Origin: Spirochaetes bacterium GWB1_36_13
GTDB taxonomy: Bacteria > Spirochaetota > GWB1-36-13
Length of the DNA stretch: 64,000 nt
Direction: 5' to 3'
Assembly (NCBI GenBank): GCA_001829155.1
Contig: MIAO01000061.1
Span: forward strand, 31,714-95,713
Both the position numbers and the translations under genes were made by a program. The notes beneath the pieces are model-generated. The model searched no databases. It saw only the letters and a program-made list of their open reading frames with translations, and was not told the origin of the DNA. Position 1 is the first letter of the stretch. Each line of letters starts with the position of its first letter. Shown here piece after piece: positions 1-9,953 of this stretch.

Positions 1-1436
1 TAATTGCTTAAAAAATATTCTCTTTTCCCTTTATTGATTCCGGATTCAATTTTATTGAGTCTTTCTTTTATTCTCTTATTTTCAATCTCTTTCAAAACGC
101 TCTGAGTTTTTTTTACAGCATCCTGGACATCTTTTTTTAAAAGCTCTCTGCCGTTAATTTCATTTAAAAGTGAGAAAGATAAAAGATAATCATCCAAAGC
201 TTCGCGATAATTTTCTTTTGAATATTTTTTCTGCCCTTCTTCAAAATAATTTCTGGCAGTATTTTCTTTTTCTCTTTCAATTCTTATCTTTTCAAGTTCT
301 TCACGGATATTATTGAGGTAAAGAGTAACTTTTTCTTTTTCATAATTATAATTCTTGATTTGATCAAAGAGTTTTAAAGCTCCTTCTAAATCTTTCAATT
401 TTATTTTTTCAAGAGCTTTGTTGTAATTTTCATAAAAATAAGTTTTATTTCTTTCTTCTTCAATCATTTTTTCAAGAGATTTAATTTTTTTCTCGACTTG
501 GTCGTCTTCTTTTACCATATCCAGATAATTTTTATAGTGAAAGACAGCCAGACTGTATTGTTTTTGACTCAAATAGTAATCGCCTTTTTTCAGCTGATTG
601 TAAGCTTCAACCTGCATTTCAGCTTTTAATTTCATCTCTTTATATTGATTTAATTTCTGATTTGCGTCATTGTCTTCCGGATAAAAGGCAAGGTAAGATT
701 TAATCCTATCCATGGCGAGGTTATAGTCTTTTGCTTCCAAAACAGCTTTTTCAGCTTCTTCAAAATAATATTTTTTTTCCGCAGCTTTAATTTTTATTTT
801 TAGACTAGTTTGAATTTCTTCTTTTAAAAGCCTTTTCAGCATTAAAAAATATCCTTTTGCTTCATTAAACCTTTTTTCTTGTAAAAAAGTTTCAATTCTT
901 TGAATACCTGGAAGAATATAGTCTTTTTCTATTTTTTTCTCAATCTCTTTTTCTCCCAGTTTAACCATTTCCTGTAAATTAGAATTTCCCGGGAGTTTTT
1001 CCTGAAGATCCTGCAATTTTTTTTTGGCAGTCTGTATTTCTCCCTTCTGGTATTCGCCAATAGCTTTTTTAATCTCTAAAATGCTTGAAGTATAAGCCAG
1101 ATAAGCTGTTTTATAGTTTTTATAAAGTTCTGTATCGTTTTTTTCGAAAAGAGTTAAGAGCTGATAAAACCTTAAGGCTTCACGATAATAGTGATTTTTA
1201 AGCAGTTCGTTGGTTTTGGTGACAGTAAATTCATAAAAATCAGGATATTTTTTTTTGTCAAAATAAGAAAGAAGAGCAGCATAGTTTTCAATAATCCCGA
1301 CATCTTTTTGAATCAATTCAAGCAATTCCTGATAAGCTTCCTGAAAATGCTTATTTTGAATATGAGTTTCTATATTTAAAGCAGACAGGTGTAAAGGAAT
1401 GATAAATAATGAAATAAGAATCCATTTTGCTTTAAT
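1..1436 (-). CDS. Large K/E-rich TPR/coiled-coil-like secreted protein, partial (3' end beyond window start); no canonical start codon in frame
   Basis: The minus-strand frame is open from ~1436 down to position 1 (>470 codons). It is not in the ORF track because it has no in-window stop. Its predicted N-terminus (K-I-K-A-K-W-I-L-I-S-L-F-I-I-P-L-H-L-S-A) looks like a signal peptide. The only ATG (1423-1425) is in the +1 frame and stops after 24 codons. An ATT at 1434-1436 lies 9 nt after an AAGAGG SD-like motif. Confidence 0.45.
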   Translation of the reverse strand, partial: MKAKWILISLFIIPLHLSALNIETHIQNKHFQEAYQELLELIQKDVGIIENYAALLSYFDKKKYPDFYEFTVTKTNELLKNHYYREALRFYQLLTLFEKNDTELYKNYKTAYLAYTSSILEIKKAIGEYQKGEIQTAKKKLQDLQEKLPGNSNLQEMVKLGEKEIEKKIEKDYILPGIQRIETFLQEKRFNEAKGYFLMLKRLLKEEIQTSLKIKIKAAEKKYYFEEAEKAVLEAKDYNLAMDRIKSYLAFYPEDNDANQKLNQYKEMKLKAEMQVEAYNQLKKGDYYLSQKQYSLAVFHYKNYLDMVKEDDQVEKKIKSLEKMIEEERNKTYFYENYNKALEKIKLKDLEGALKLFDQIKNYNYEKEKVTLYLNNIREELEKIRIEREKENTARNYFEEGQKKYSKENYREALDDYLLSFSLLNEINGRELLKKDVQDAVKKTQSVLKEIENKRIKERLNKIESGINKGKREYFLSN

Positions 1437-1437
1437 T

Positions 1438-2262
1438 TTAAAAAACCTCTTTCAGGAAATAAAATACAACTGCTCCAAGCGTTATCAAAGCAATCCATTT
1501 GATTAAATTTTCGGATATCAGAGGCTTGTTTTTCTTCTTTTTTTCATTTAATTCCAAGAAAATATCAAAATTTTTTTCTTTTAAAAGCTGAATCAGAACA
1601 CAAAGATGAGTTTTGGGAATAAAAAAACCGTATTTTTTAAAAATCCAATATTGAAATAAAGGATTTTTAATCAGTTTAGGTTTTAAATCAATAATACCTT
1701 TCTTTTTTAAAATTTGAATCCGTTCATAATTGGTTTTTATTTTATTCGCATCTTGAAAAGAAAAATTTCCCGTTAATTTTCTGACAAAATAAAATTTCTG
1801 GTATTTTTTTAATTTTTCACTCATCTGGAATTTCCAGAAAAGAAAAAATCTTAAACGGAAAAAAATCTTTTTATTGGAAACTAAAGTGGGAAACTTTGAG
1901 TGAAAGAGCGCTTTTTCCAGGTTGCCTTTTTTTAAATAGTAACGGCTGAGCAAAAATGAAACTGAGAAAGACTTTTTCTCAATCAGGTTTTTAATGGCAG
2001 GGAGAGAAGAATTCGGGTTTTTGAAAAGAAAAATCGAATAATAAGCATAAAGCTCAGAAATTGCAAGGGAATCTGGAAGAAGATAAAATCCTTCTTTCAG
2101 CCATTTCAGCATTTTTTTTTCTTCATTGAGTTTTTTGTATATCAGAAAAAAAAGAAGATAAACTTCTGCCCGGTAAGGATTTTTCCTTTGTTCTTTCAAA
2201 AGAAGTTTAAGTGCGGAACGGAATTTTTTCTGTTTATAGAGTTCTAATATTTTAGGAATCAT
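1438..2262 (-). CDS. Hypothetical lysine-rich protein with C-terminal transmembrane helix
   Basis: 274-aa ORF in the track. It has a C-terminal hydrophobic segment (WIALITLGAVVFYFL). No recognisable catalytic motif. Confidence 0.45.
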   Translation of the reverse strand: MIPKILELYKQKKFRSALKLLLKEQRKNPYRAEVYLLFFLIYKKLNEEKKMLKWLKEGFYLLPDSLAISELYAYYSIFLFKNPNSSLPAIKNLIEKKSFSVSFLLSRYYLKKGNLEKALFHSKFPTLVSNKKIFFRLRFFLFWKFQMSEKLKKYQKFYFVRKLTGNFSFQDANKIKTNYERIQILKKKGIIDLKPKLIKNPLFQYWIFKKYGFFIPKTHLCVLIQLLKEKNFDIFLELNEKKKKNKPLISENLIKWIALITLGAVVFYFLKEVF

Positions 2263-2355
2263 TTCATGAATCGGAATTATTTTTATAAATTAAAATTTAA
2301 CGAATAAAATTTTTTTTACCAATTATTTTTATAAGCTTCCAAAAAGGAGAAGAAG

Positions 2356-3120
2356 TTGAAAATTTATTCTTGGAATGTCAATGGAATCAGGGCGGTTGAA
2401 AAAAAGGGATTTACAGACTGGGTTTTGAAAGAAAATCCCGATATTCTCTGTCTTCAGGAAACCAAGGCAGAAGAGAAACAGCTTTCAGATAATCTGAGAG
2501 ATATTCCAGGTTATTCTTCCTATTTTCATTCCGCTGAAAGAAAAGGCTATAGCGGTGTGGCTATTTATTCAAAAATCGCCCCTATCTCAGTTTCACAAGA
2601 AATCGGCATCATGGAATTTGATTCTGAAGGAAGGATTTTGATAGCCGAGTATCAGGATTTTTTACTTTTTAATATTTATTTTCCAAACGGACAGAAAGAT
2701 GAAGTCCGGCTGGATTACAAACTCCGGTTTTATGACAGTGTTTTAAAACAGACTCTTTCCCTGATAGAAAAAGGGAAAAAAATTATTATCTGCGGAGATT
2801 TTAATACAGCTCACCGGGAAATCGATCTGGAAAATCCGAAAGCAAATGAAAAATATTCCGGTTTTCTGCCTATTGAAAGAGAATGGATCGACCGCTATCT
2901 GGAAAGCGGTTTTATTGATACTTACCGTTATTTTTATCCTGATACAGTCAAATATTCATGGTGGAGCTACCGTTTTCAGGCAAGGCTGAAAAATATAGGA
3001 TGGCGCATTGATTATCATTTGGTATCAAAAAATATGGAAGATCAAATTCAAGATGCTTTTATTTTAAATGAAGTGGAAGGATCGGATCATTGCCCTGTTG
3101 TTTTACAACTCAAAGATTGA
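2356..3120 (+). CDS. xth: Exodeoxyribonuclease III (AP endonuclease, Xth family)
   Basis: N-terminus MKIYSWNVNGIRA, then LCLQETK and a C-terminal SDHCPV motif, all typical of the ExoIII/APE1 EEP fold. TTG start at 2356 with an AAGGAGA RBS at 2345-2351. Confidence 0.9.
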   Translation: MKIYSWNVNGIRAVEKKGFTDWVLKENPDILCLQETKAEEKQLSDNLRDIPGYSSYFHSAERKGYSGVAIYSKIAPISVSQEIGIMEFDSEGRILIAEYQDFLLFNIYFPNGQKDEVRLDYKLRFYDSVLKQTLSLIEKGKKIIICGDFNTAHREIDLENPKANEKYSGFLPIEREWIDRYLESGFIDTYRYFYPDTVKYSWWSYRFQARLKNIGWRIDYHLVSKNMEDQIQDAFILNEVEGSDHCPVVLQLKD

Positions 3121-3209
3121 CTTGATTTTTTTACAAAAACTTGTTATTCTTTTTAGAAAAGTCTTTTCATTAAAAATGATAACAAAGGTAAACAATACAG
3201 GAGGTTTGA

Positions 3210-3701
3210 ATGCATAAAAACAAAATATTAGGGAGTATTTTACTTTTGACTGCTTTTTTTGTTTTTTCCGGATGTGCAAAAAAATACAACACAAATTTTA
3301 AAACACCCCCATCTGATGCCGATTTTGATCAGGTTTTTCCTGTGGAAATTGATTCATTGAAACGGGATATTACTCAAATGAGTCTTCCAAAAACGGTCTT
3401 AGGTTTTACCGCAAAATACGGTACGGGAGAAATTGAGATTTCTGTAATTCAAACCGGCAGCCCGAAAGATGCGATAGAGTTTTACAAGTCCTATATCACG
3501 CCGAAAACGAATCAAATGCCTTCAAGAATGCAGTCTTCGGTCAATCAGGAGTTTCAGATTGAAGCAACGGATCAAGAGGGACGGCTCTGGTATATCTGGA
3601 ACAACAAAAACTGGATATTTATGATCAATGCGTCCAATAAATCTTTTTTTGATAAAGCGGTTGAGGCTTTTCCTTATATCGCAAAATGGGGAAAAAAATA
3701 A
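3210..3701 (+). CDS. Hypothetical lipoprotein
   Basis: Signal peptide with lipobox (VFSGC). AGGAGG RBS upstream. Confidence 0.55.
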   Translation: MHKNKILGSILLLTAFFVFSGCAKKYNTNFKTPPSDADFDQVFPVEIDSLKRDITQMSLPKTVLGFTAKYGTGEIEISVIQTGSPKDAIEFYKSYITPKTNQMPSRMQSSVNQEFQIEATDQEGRLWYIWNNKNWIFMINASNKSFFDKAVEAFPYIAKWGKK

Positions 3702-3714
3702 GGAGGAATAAAAA

Positions 3715-4503
3715 ATGAGATCGGGAAATCCAATTTTTTCAGACAAAATGATAGAAAGAAGACTGGTAGGAAGCGGAGTCGATTCAGAGAAGATGACGGA
3801 TGCAGGCGCTGTCAATAAAACAGCGATCCTTTTACTGCTGGTTTTAGCGGGCGCTTTCTTCAGCTGGAGGCTGGCTTATGTTGATATGAGTGTCTTGGTA
3901 GGGGAGGAGGCAGGAATTTCTCTTTCTCAGATAAAGAGCGTAATGCCTCTGATGATCGGAGGTTTGATAGGAGGGCTTGTTTTTGCCCTGATCACGGTTT
4001 TTAAAGCTCAATGGTCGATGTGGACAGCGCCTTTATATGCAATCTGTGAAGGTCTTTTTCTTGGAGCTTTGTCCGGTTTTATCGAAACTCAGTATCCGGG
4101 AATTGTGATTCAGGCAGTAGGACTGACTTTCGGTGTTTTTCTTATCATGCTTGCAGCATATAAGTTTAAGTTTGTGGAAGTGACCAAAAAATTTAAAATG
4201 GGGCTATTTGCCGCAACCGGCGGAGTAGGGATTCTTTATCTGGTGAGTATAGTTTTGGGATTTTTTGGAATTCAAATTCCTTTTATCCATGAAGGAGGAC
4301 TTTTTGGAATCGCCTTTAGCACAGCTGTGGTGATTATTGCAGCGTTAAACCTGATTCTGGATTTCGATATGATTGAAAGGGGAAATCAGGAAGGATGGCC
4401 GAAATACATGGAATGGTATTCTGCTTTCGGATTAATGGTTACTTTAATCTGGCTCTATATTGAAATTTTGAGACTGCTGATGAAAATCAGGGGCAGGGAT
4501 TAA
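3715..4503 (+). CDS. Bax inhibitor-1-like (BaxI_1/YccA-like) polytopic membrane protein
   Basis: N-terminus MRSGNPIFS...GAVNKTAILLLLVLAGA followed by ~7 hydrophobic helices. This pattern is characteristic of the BaxI_1 family. GGAGGA RBS. Confidence 0.55.
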   Translation: MRSGNPIFSDKMIERRLVGSGVDSEKMTDAGAVNKTAILLLLVLAGAFFSWRLAYVDMSVLVGEEAGISLSQIKSVMPLMIGGLIGGLVFALITVFKAQWSMWTAPLYAICEGLFLGALSGFIETQYPGIVIQAVGLTFGVFLIMLAAYKFKFVEVTKKFKMGLFAATGGVGILYLVSIVLGFFGIQIPFIHEGGLFGIAFSTAVVIIAALNLILDFDMIERGNQEGWPKYMEWYSAFGLMVTLIWLYIEILRLLMKIRGRD

Positions 4504-4541
4504 TTTCAAATCAATAACAATCATTGAAAAATAAAATAATA

Positions 4542-4575
4542 AAGCCGATGATTCGAATCATCGGCTTTATTTTTA
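4542..4575. terminator. Bidirectional rho-independent terminator between convergent genes
   Basis: Perfect 13-bp hairpin AGCCGATGATTCG/CGAATCATCGGCT. It is followed by a T-run on the + strand and preceded by an A-run, so it can serve both strands. Confidence 0.65.
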
Positions 4576-6090
4576 TTATCCGCAGATTTTATTAATCACT
4601 TTTTCAGTTGCTTCAATCGCCGCTGTCAGCTGGTCGGAATGAACTCCCTTGGTTTTAAATTCTTTTCCTTCATATTCCCAGATAATAGTGGTTTGCACCA
4701 AAGCATCCGTCTTGCCTCCAGGAGGGATATTGACTTGATAGTCAATTAATTTTGGAATCTTCAGATCAACTTTTTCTGATATTTTTCGAAGCGCGTTCAT
4801 AAAAGCGTCAAAACCTCCGTCTCCAGATGCGGTCTGTTCTATAGTTTCTCCTTGAAAGTCTATCAGGATAGTAGCTACCGGCTGATGATGGAAAGAAGTG
4901 GTGATAATAAAAGAATTGATTGAAAAAACTTTTTCAGTTTCTTTGGAATCTAATATATCGTCGATAATATAAGGTAAATCTTCTACCGTAAAAGTCTGTT
5001 TTCTTTCAGAGAGTTCAATGATTTTTTTCAATACTTTATTTTTTTCAGATTCAGAGAGCTGAATATCCATTTTTTTGAGATTCTGTTCCAGATTCGCTTT
5101 TCCTGAAAGTTTTCCTAAAGCGTATTCTCTTTCTCTTCCAAATCTTTCAGGAAGAAGCTTATTTTCATAAAGTCCTCCTTTTTTATCGCCGTCTGCATGA
5201 ACTCCAGCAGTCTGGGTAAAGACATTGCTTCCGACAATTGCTTTATTCGGAGACATTCTGCTGGTAGAATAGATTTCAACTGTTTTAGAAGCTTTGTATA
5301 AAGTTTTTTCTTCTATGGAAGTGTAATATTTATCAGGAAAAAAATCTTTAATTGAAGTCACAACTTCTTCTAAAGGAGCATTTCCTGCCCGTTCTCCCAT
5401 TCCGTTTACTGTCAGGTGAAGTCCGTCAGCGCCGGCTTCTACGGCCGCAATGCAGTTTGCAGTGGCAAGACCGTAGTCGTTGTGAGGATGAAAATCGAAA
5501 AACAAGTCGGGAAACTCATTTTTTGTTTCAGAAATCAGTGAAGCAGTAAGGCTGGGATTTAATACTCCAAGTGTGTCTGGAAGCATGATTCTTTTTACTT
5601 TTCCAGCCAGATTTTTAATCATGAAAAAAACATATTCTTTGGAATGAAGCATGCCATTAGACCAGTCTTCTAGATATACATTGACATCAAAATCAAATTT
5701 TTGAGCATAATCAATTTCGCTAAGAATATCTTTTAAATGTTCTTCTCTTGTTTTTTTGATCTGGATGGTCAGGTGTTTTAAAGAACCTTTGGTGAGAAGA
5801 TTCAGGGTTTGCCCCCCGCATTCTCTGATCCAGTCGATTGATTTATGATTATCCACAAACCCCAGAATTTCAAATTTTTTAGTTTTCCCAAGATTTTGGA
5901 TCACATGCTGAATTGAGTCTCCTTCTTTTTCAGAAACTCTCGCGCTGGTCAATTCTAAACGGTCAACTTTCGTCTGGTGAAGAAGAATCTTTGCAATATT
6001 CAGTTTTTCAGAAGCGGAATAAGAGACATTGGCCATCTGTTCACCGTCTCTCAAAGTGGTGTCCATGATCTCGATTTTTTTTGGAATCAT
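4576..6090 (-). CDS. cimA: (R)-citramalate synthase / 2-isopropylmalate synthase family (CimA-like)
   Basis: DxTLRDGEQ at the N-terminus. Further motifs: SEKLNIAKxLL, NVYLEDWSNG, LPDTLGVLxP, FHxHNDY, NGxGERAGN, FTQTAGVHADGDKKG and PKLIDYxVxIPPGGKTDALV. These match the Leptospira-type citramalate synthase pattern. The cimA versus leuA assignment is by resemblance only. Confidence 0.8.
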   Translation of the reverse strand: MIPKKIEIMDTTLRDGEQMANVSYSASEKLNIAKILLHQTKVDRLELTSARVSEKEGDSIQHVIQNLGKTKKFEILGFVDNHKSIDWIRECGGQTLNLLTKGSLKHLTIQIKKTREEHLKDILSEIDYAQKFDFDVNVYLEDWSNGMLHSKEYVFFMIKNLAGKVKRIMLPDTLGVLNPSLTASLISETKNEFPDLFFDFHPHNDYGLATANCIAAVEAGADGLHLTVNGMGERAGNAPLEEVVTSIKDFFPDKYYTSIEEKTLYKASKTVEIYSTSRMSPNKAIVGSNVFTQTAGVHADGDKKGGLYENKLLPERFGREREYALGKLSGKANLEQNLKKMDIQLSESEKNKVLKKIIELSERKQTFTVEDLPYIIDDILDSKETEKVFSINSFIITTSFHHQPVATILIDFQGETIEQTASGDGGFDAFMNALRKISEKVDLKIPKLIDYQVNIPPGGKTDALVQTTIIWEYEGKEFKTKGVHSDQLTAAIEATEKVINKICG

Positions 6091-6281
6091 TGTTTCCTCT
6101 CTTTATAAACTTGACTTTGCAGTCTAATATTAGTTATTTTTTCTAACTTCTTTTTTTAAAGTTTAAAATTAAAGCATTTTAAATTTAGTCAAAAAAATCT
6201 TTGAAATAAAGACGAGAAGAATGAAAAAAAGTTGCATGTTTTTTTTAAAAAACTAATTTTCAATGTATCAAAGGAGAAAGA

Positions 6282-9200
6282 ATGCGTAAAATTTCCCAGA
6301 GCCTTATGGCAGCCCTTGTGTTTCTAGTTTGTCCCGTTTTTTTAAATGCCTCTGATTATCAGGGGAAAATTATAAAAGAAATCCATTTTTTCGGGCTTCA
6401 TAACGCAGAAGAGGATAAATTAACGCCTGCTCTTTATTTATCTCAAGGCATGGAATTTGTTGATGAAAAAGCTTCTAAAGATTTAAAGAATCTTTATGAA
6501 TTCGGATATTTTGAAAATATCAGACTGGAAATAATAGAGGAAAACGGACAGTTGACCTTAAATTATATTGTGGAAGAAAGACCCCAGATTTTTAAAATAG
6601 AGATCCGGAAAAAGAAAACTTTTGATGATGAAGACTATGAAATTATGGGGCAGTTTGAGTATAAAGCCTGGGATGAAATCAGTATTTTTGATTTTGAATA
6701 CCATGTCTTGAAAGCTGTCCAGAAAAGAAAGATGGATGAAGCAAAAAATCAGGAAGATTATGAATATATCAAGAAAGCTTATCAGAAAAATGAAGAAGAT
6801 ATGATTTATGAATTGACTTCCGATGCGGATGAAGATAAGGTCATTGAAATCTTTCAATCGATCCATTTTCAATATGAAGATCCTGAAGATGCAAGCCTTG
6901 AAATTAAACGGAAAGATATCTTAAAGTTTATGAAAAATAAGGAATGGGAGTTTTATAACCCCTATTATGTGAAAAAAGACGAAAAGAAAATTCTTGAGGA
7001 ATATGTTAAGGAAGGCTTTGCAGAGACTGAAGCCAGAACAGATGATTCGCTTCTGAAAGACAGCGGTGTCTTGGTGATTGAAATTAAGGAAGGAAAAAAA
7101 ATCAATATTCAGAAACTGGATATTCTTGGAACTGGAAATATTGATCCGGATGACTTAAAAGATACAATGGAGAAAATCAGCGAGCCGAGATATTTAGGAA
7201 TTAAAGACTACCAGCTGCCCCTTTTTGCAAATGATTTTAAAGAAGACAAAGATAAAATGATCAAATTTGCAAAGAGTCAGGGATATATGAAGTTTAAAAT
7301 TGATCAAATTTCAGTTTTAGTCAAATATTCTTTTCTTGAACTGATGGAACGCATCGGCGCTGTTTTAGAAAATGCGGATTTTGAAGGCGATAAAATAGAA
7401 ATCATTTTAGATGGATTGAAAAAAGTTTTTGAAACAGACGGGTTTAATCCTGATAAGGCTAAAATTGATTCAATATTAAAAAGCATTGCCGGGACAGATG
7501 AACAAAAAAAGGCTGTTGAAACAATTAAAACTTATATTTTTAACCGGTTAGAGCTTTTAAATAATGAAAAAACAATTCTGGAAAAAACATTGGCTGAAAA
7601 GCTGAAAATGCCGGATATTAAAATTGAGATCAAATCTGAGACTACGGTTCATCCTGAAGAAGAATCAGGATACTATCTTTCTTTCAAAATTGAAGAAGGT
7701 CCTCAATATACTTTCGGAAAGATTGAGCTTGCCGGGAATGAAAAAATAACCACCAAATCCCTTTTTGAAGGGTTTGATATGGAAGAGGGATCGGTTTATA
7801 ACGATACCAAGTTTGAAGAGTTTATGAGAAATTCTTATATGAGTTACCAAAGTAACGGTTTTTTTTATTCTAAAATCACGCCTATACCTAAAGTTGATGA
7901 AGAAAAAAAAGTTATTTCCTATGTGATTGATATTTATGAAGGGGAAAAAGTACATATTGAAAATATGTACATTATCGGGAACTCTAAGACAGAAACACCG
8001 GTGATTGACCGGGAGTTTAGAATTCGGGAAGGAGAAATTTACGACTTTTCAAAAATCTTAAGGACCCATGAACGCTTGATGAAAAGCCAGTTTTTTGCGA
8101 ATGCTGAATTTGAACCGAAAACCGGAAGTGAAGAAGGATTGATTGACCTTTTCTGGAAAGTGGAAGAGGGGAAAACAGGAATGCTGACGATGGGGGGAGG
8201 ATATGGAACCCTTTCAGGATTTACGCTGTTCGGTCAGATTTCAGAGCTTAACTTTTTAGGAAAAGGGTATAATCTTTCTTTTAGAGGCGATTACGGTCAA
8301 AAAAGCCAGAGCCTTTCCACCTCATTCGGCTCCAGATGGATCGGATATATTCCGGTCAGCTACAGTTTTTCCATCTCTTATAAATGGGCTCAGAATGATG
8401 TGATTCCTTCTTATGACCGGGATCACAATGGGCTGATCGATAAATATTATAACAACGGAAGCGGAATGAGTCTTTATAATGAAGGCGCATCTGATTTTGA
8501 TAATTATTCGGATGAAGATAGAAACGGAGATGGGATGGCTTCCAGTACAGCCGATGCTTTAGATGATGAAAGGTATTTTAAAAGCCAGAGTCTGGTTTTT
8601 GGATTAGGGTTTGGTTATTCGATCTCAGAATACTGGGGTGCGGGAGCCAGACAGTCTCTCAGTTTTTCAAAATACTATGACGCAAAAAATATTACAGTGG
8701 ATAATCTTTATGAAGATGATGAATACAGGCTTCGTACTCTTTTGAAGACTGGAAAATATGAGCCGGTTACCCAAACCGGATTTTCAGTCAGCTATGATTC
8801 AACCGATAATTATCTTACTCCAACCAAAGGAATCGTTTTTTCTCCTGATGTTACTTTTTACGGGCTTCAGGGCGGCTATAACCAGTTTATCAATTATTCA
8901 GTTGATCTTTCAGGCTATCTGACATTGAAAGAAATTAAAAAATACAAATGGAATCTGGTATGGGCAAACCACATCGGTATTTCAACTATTACCGCTTTAC
9001 CTTTTAAAAATTCTCCTAAACTCTATTCAGAAAACAGGCTGGATTTTGACGGAATTCGGGAATTAAGGGGTTGGGAAAATCAGCTTTATGACGATAAAGT
9101 AAAAGGACTGGGAAAAGTGAGTCTAGGAAGCGAACTTCGAATCCCGATACCGGGAACTCAAAACCTTTTATGGTGGGCTTTCTTTTTTGACGGTGGAAAT

Positions 9201-9416
9201 GTCAGTGATAAAGGCGGATTTGATGACCTTCCTTTAAAACTGAAAGATTTTTATTACAGTACCGGATGGGGGCTGAAAATTGAAATCCCAATGTTTCCGA
9301 TCCGCCTTTATTTTGCCAAAAGGCTGAAATGGGAAGACGGATTTTTTAAAGACCAACAGCCGGGATTAGGTCTTGGAAACTGGACATTTGTCCTCTCGAT
9401 TGCCGGATTTTTTTAG
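6282..9416 (+). CDS. bamA: Outer membrane protein assembly factor BamA (Omp85), long form with acidic insertion
   Basis: Signal peptide, a long POTRA-like N-region, and a C-terminal beta-barrel with alternating aromatic pattern. It ends in a GNWTFVLSIAGFF-type terminal motif. skp genes follow. Confidence 0.85.
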   Translation: MRKISQSLMAALVFLVCPVFLNASDYQGKIIKEIHFFGLHNAEEDKLTPALYLSQGMEFVDEKASKDLKNLYEFGYFENIRLEIIEENGQLTLNYIVEERPQIFKIEIRKKKTFDDEDYEIMGQFEYKAWDEISIFDFEYHVLKAVQKRKMDEAKNQEDYEYIKKAYQKNEEDMIYELTSDADEDKVIEIFQSIHFQYEDPEDASLEIKRKDILKFMKNKEWEFYNPYYVKKDEKKILEEYVKEGFAETEARTDDSLLKDSGVLVIEIKEGKKINIQKLDILGTGNIDPDDLKDTMEKISEPRYLGIKDYQLPLFANDFKEDKDKMIKFAKSQGYMKFKIDQISVLVKYSFLELMERIGAVLENADFEGDKIEIILDGLKKVFETDGFNPDKAKIDSILKSIAGTDEQKKAVETIKTYIFNRLELLNNEKTILEKTLAEKLKMPDIKIEIKSETTVHPEEESGYYLSFKIEEGPQYTFGKIELAGNEKITTKSLFEGFDMEEGSVYNDTKFEEFMRNSYMSYQSNGFFYSKITPIPKVDEEKKVISYVIDIYEGEKVHIENMYIIGNSKTETPVIDREFRIREGEIYDFSKILRTHERLMKSQFFANAEFEPKTGSEEGLIDLFWKVEEGKTGMLTMGGGYGTLSGFTLFGQISELNFLGKGYNLSFRGDYGQKSQSLSTSFGSRWIGYIPVSYSFSISYKWAQNDVIPSYDRDHNGLIDKYYNNGSGMSLYNEGASDFDNYSDEDRNGDGMASSTADALDDERYFKSQSLVFGLGFGYSISEYWGAGARQSLSFSKYYDAKNITVDNLYEDDEYRLRTLLKTGKYEPVTQTGFSVSYDSTDNYLTPTKGIVFSPDVTFYGLQGGYNQFINYSVDLSGYLTLKEIKKYKWNLVWANHIGISTITALPFKNSPKLYSENRLDFDGIRELRGWENQLYDDKVKGLGKVSLGSELRIPIPGTQNLLWWAFFFDGGNVSDKGGFDDLPLKLKDFYYSTGWGLKIEIPMFPIRLYFAKRLKWEDGFFKDQQPGLGLGNWTFVLSIAGFF

Positions 9417-9424
9417 GAGAAGGG

Positions 9425-9940
9425 ATGATTCGTTTTTTTGTTTTTTTCTTTTTATTTTTTCCTGTTTTTTTAAAAGCCGATATTCTCATTAAAGTCGGTG
9501 TTTTTAAAATGGAAAAAGTAGCAGAAGAATATTTGAAAGCAAAAGAACTTCGGGAAAGCTGGAATCTTTTTCTGGATAAGAAATACTATCAGCTTTCCAT
9601 TTATCAAAAAGAGTATGATTTTATTAAAAATATGAACGGGCCTTTATCCGAAAGGATCAATTTAAATAATAAACTTTTAAGCCTGAAAAAGAAAATTGCG
9701 GTTTTAGAAGAAAAAAAAAGAAAAGATTTTCTGGAACTGGAAACGCTTAAGGGAAAAGAGCTGAAAAAAGAAATTATTCTTGCGATCAAAGAAGCAAGGC
9801 GGAAAAAAGGTTTCAGCCTGATTTTTCCTGAGGAAGATTTTATTCTTTTTTATGATGAAAAAGTGGATTTTAATACTTTTCTTCTGGAAGAACTGACAGC
9901 AAGAGAAGAAGAAAGGCTAAAACAAAACACGAATGATTAA
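9425..9940 (+). CDS. skp: OmpH/Skp-family periplasmic chaperone
   Basis: Signal-peptide-like N-terminus, ~170 aa, lysine/glutamate-rich coiled coil. Position immediately after bamA. Confidence 0.6.
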   Translation: MIRFFVFFFLFFPVFLKADILIKVGVFKMEKVAEEYLKAKELRESWNLFLDKKYYQLSIYQKEYDFIKNMNGPLSERINLNNKLLSLKKKIAVLEEKKRKDFLELETLKGKELKKEIILAIKEARRKKGFSLIFPEEDFILFYDEKVDFNTFLLEELTAREEERLKQNTND

Positions 9941-9953
9941 TTTTGGGGGGAAA

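Noticed and set aside
6091-6281. Nine-codon mini-ORF (MKKSCMFFL) in the cimA-bamA divergent intergenic region, considered as a leader peptide
   Set aside because: It lies on the bamA side and has no Leu/Ile codon run. No attenuator hairpins were evident.
5352-8000. Short ORFs embedded in cimA (5352-5549) and bamA (6558-6872, 7304-7486, 7665-7955)
   Set aside because: Antisense or off-frame ORFs within strongly supported long genes. No independent signals.
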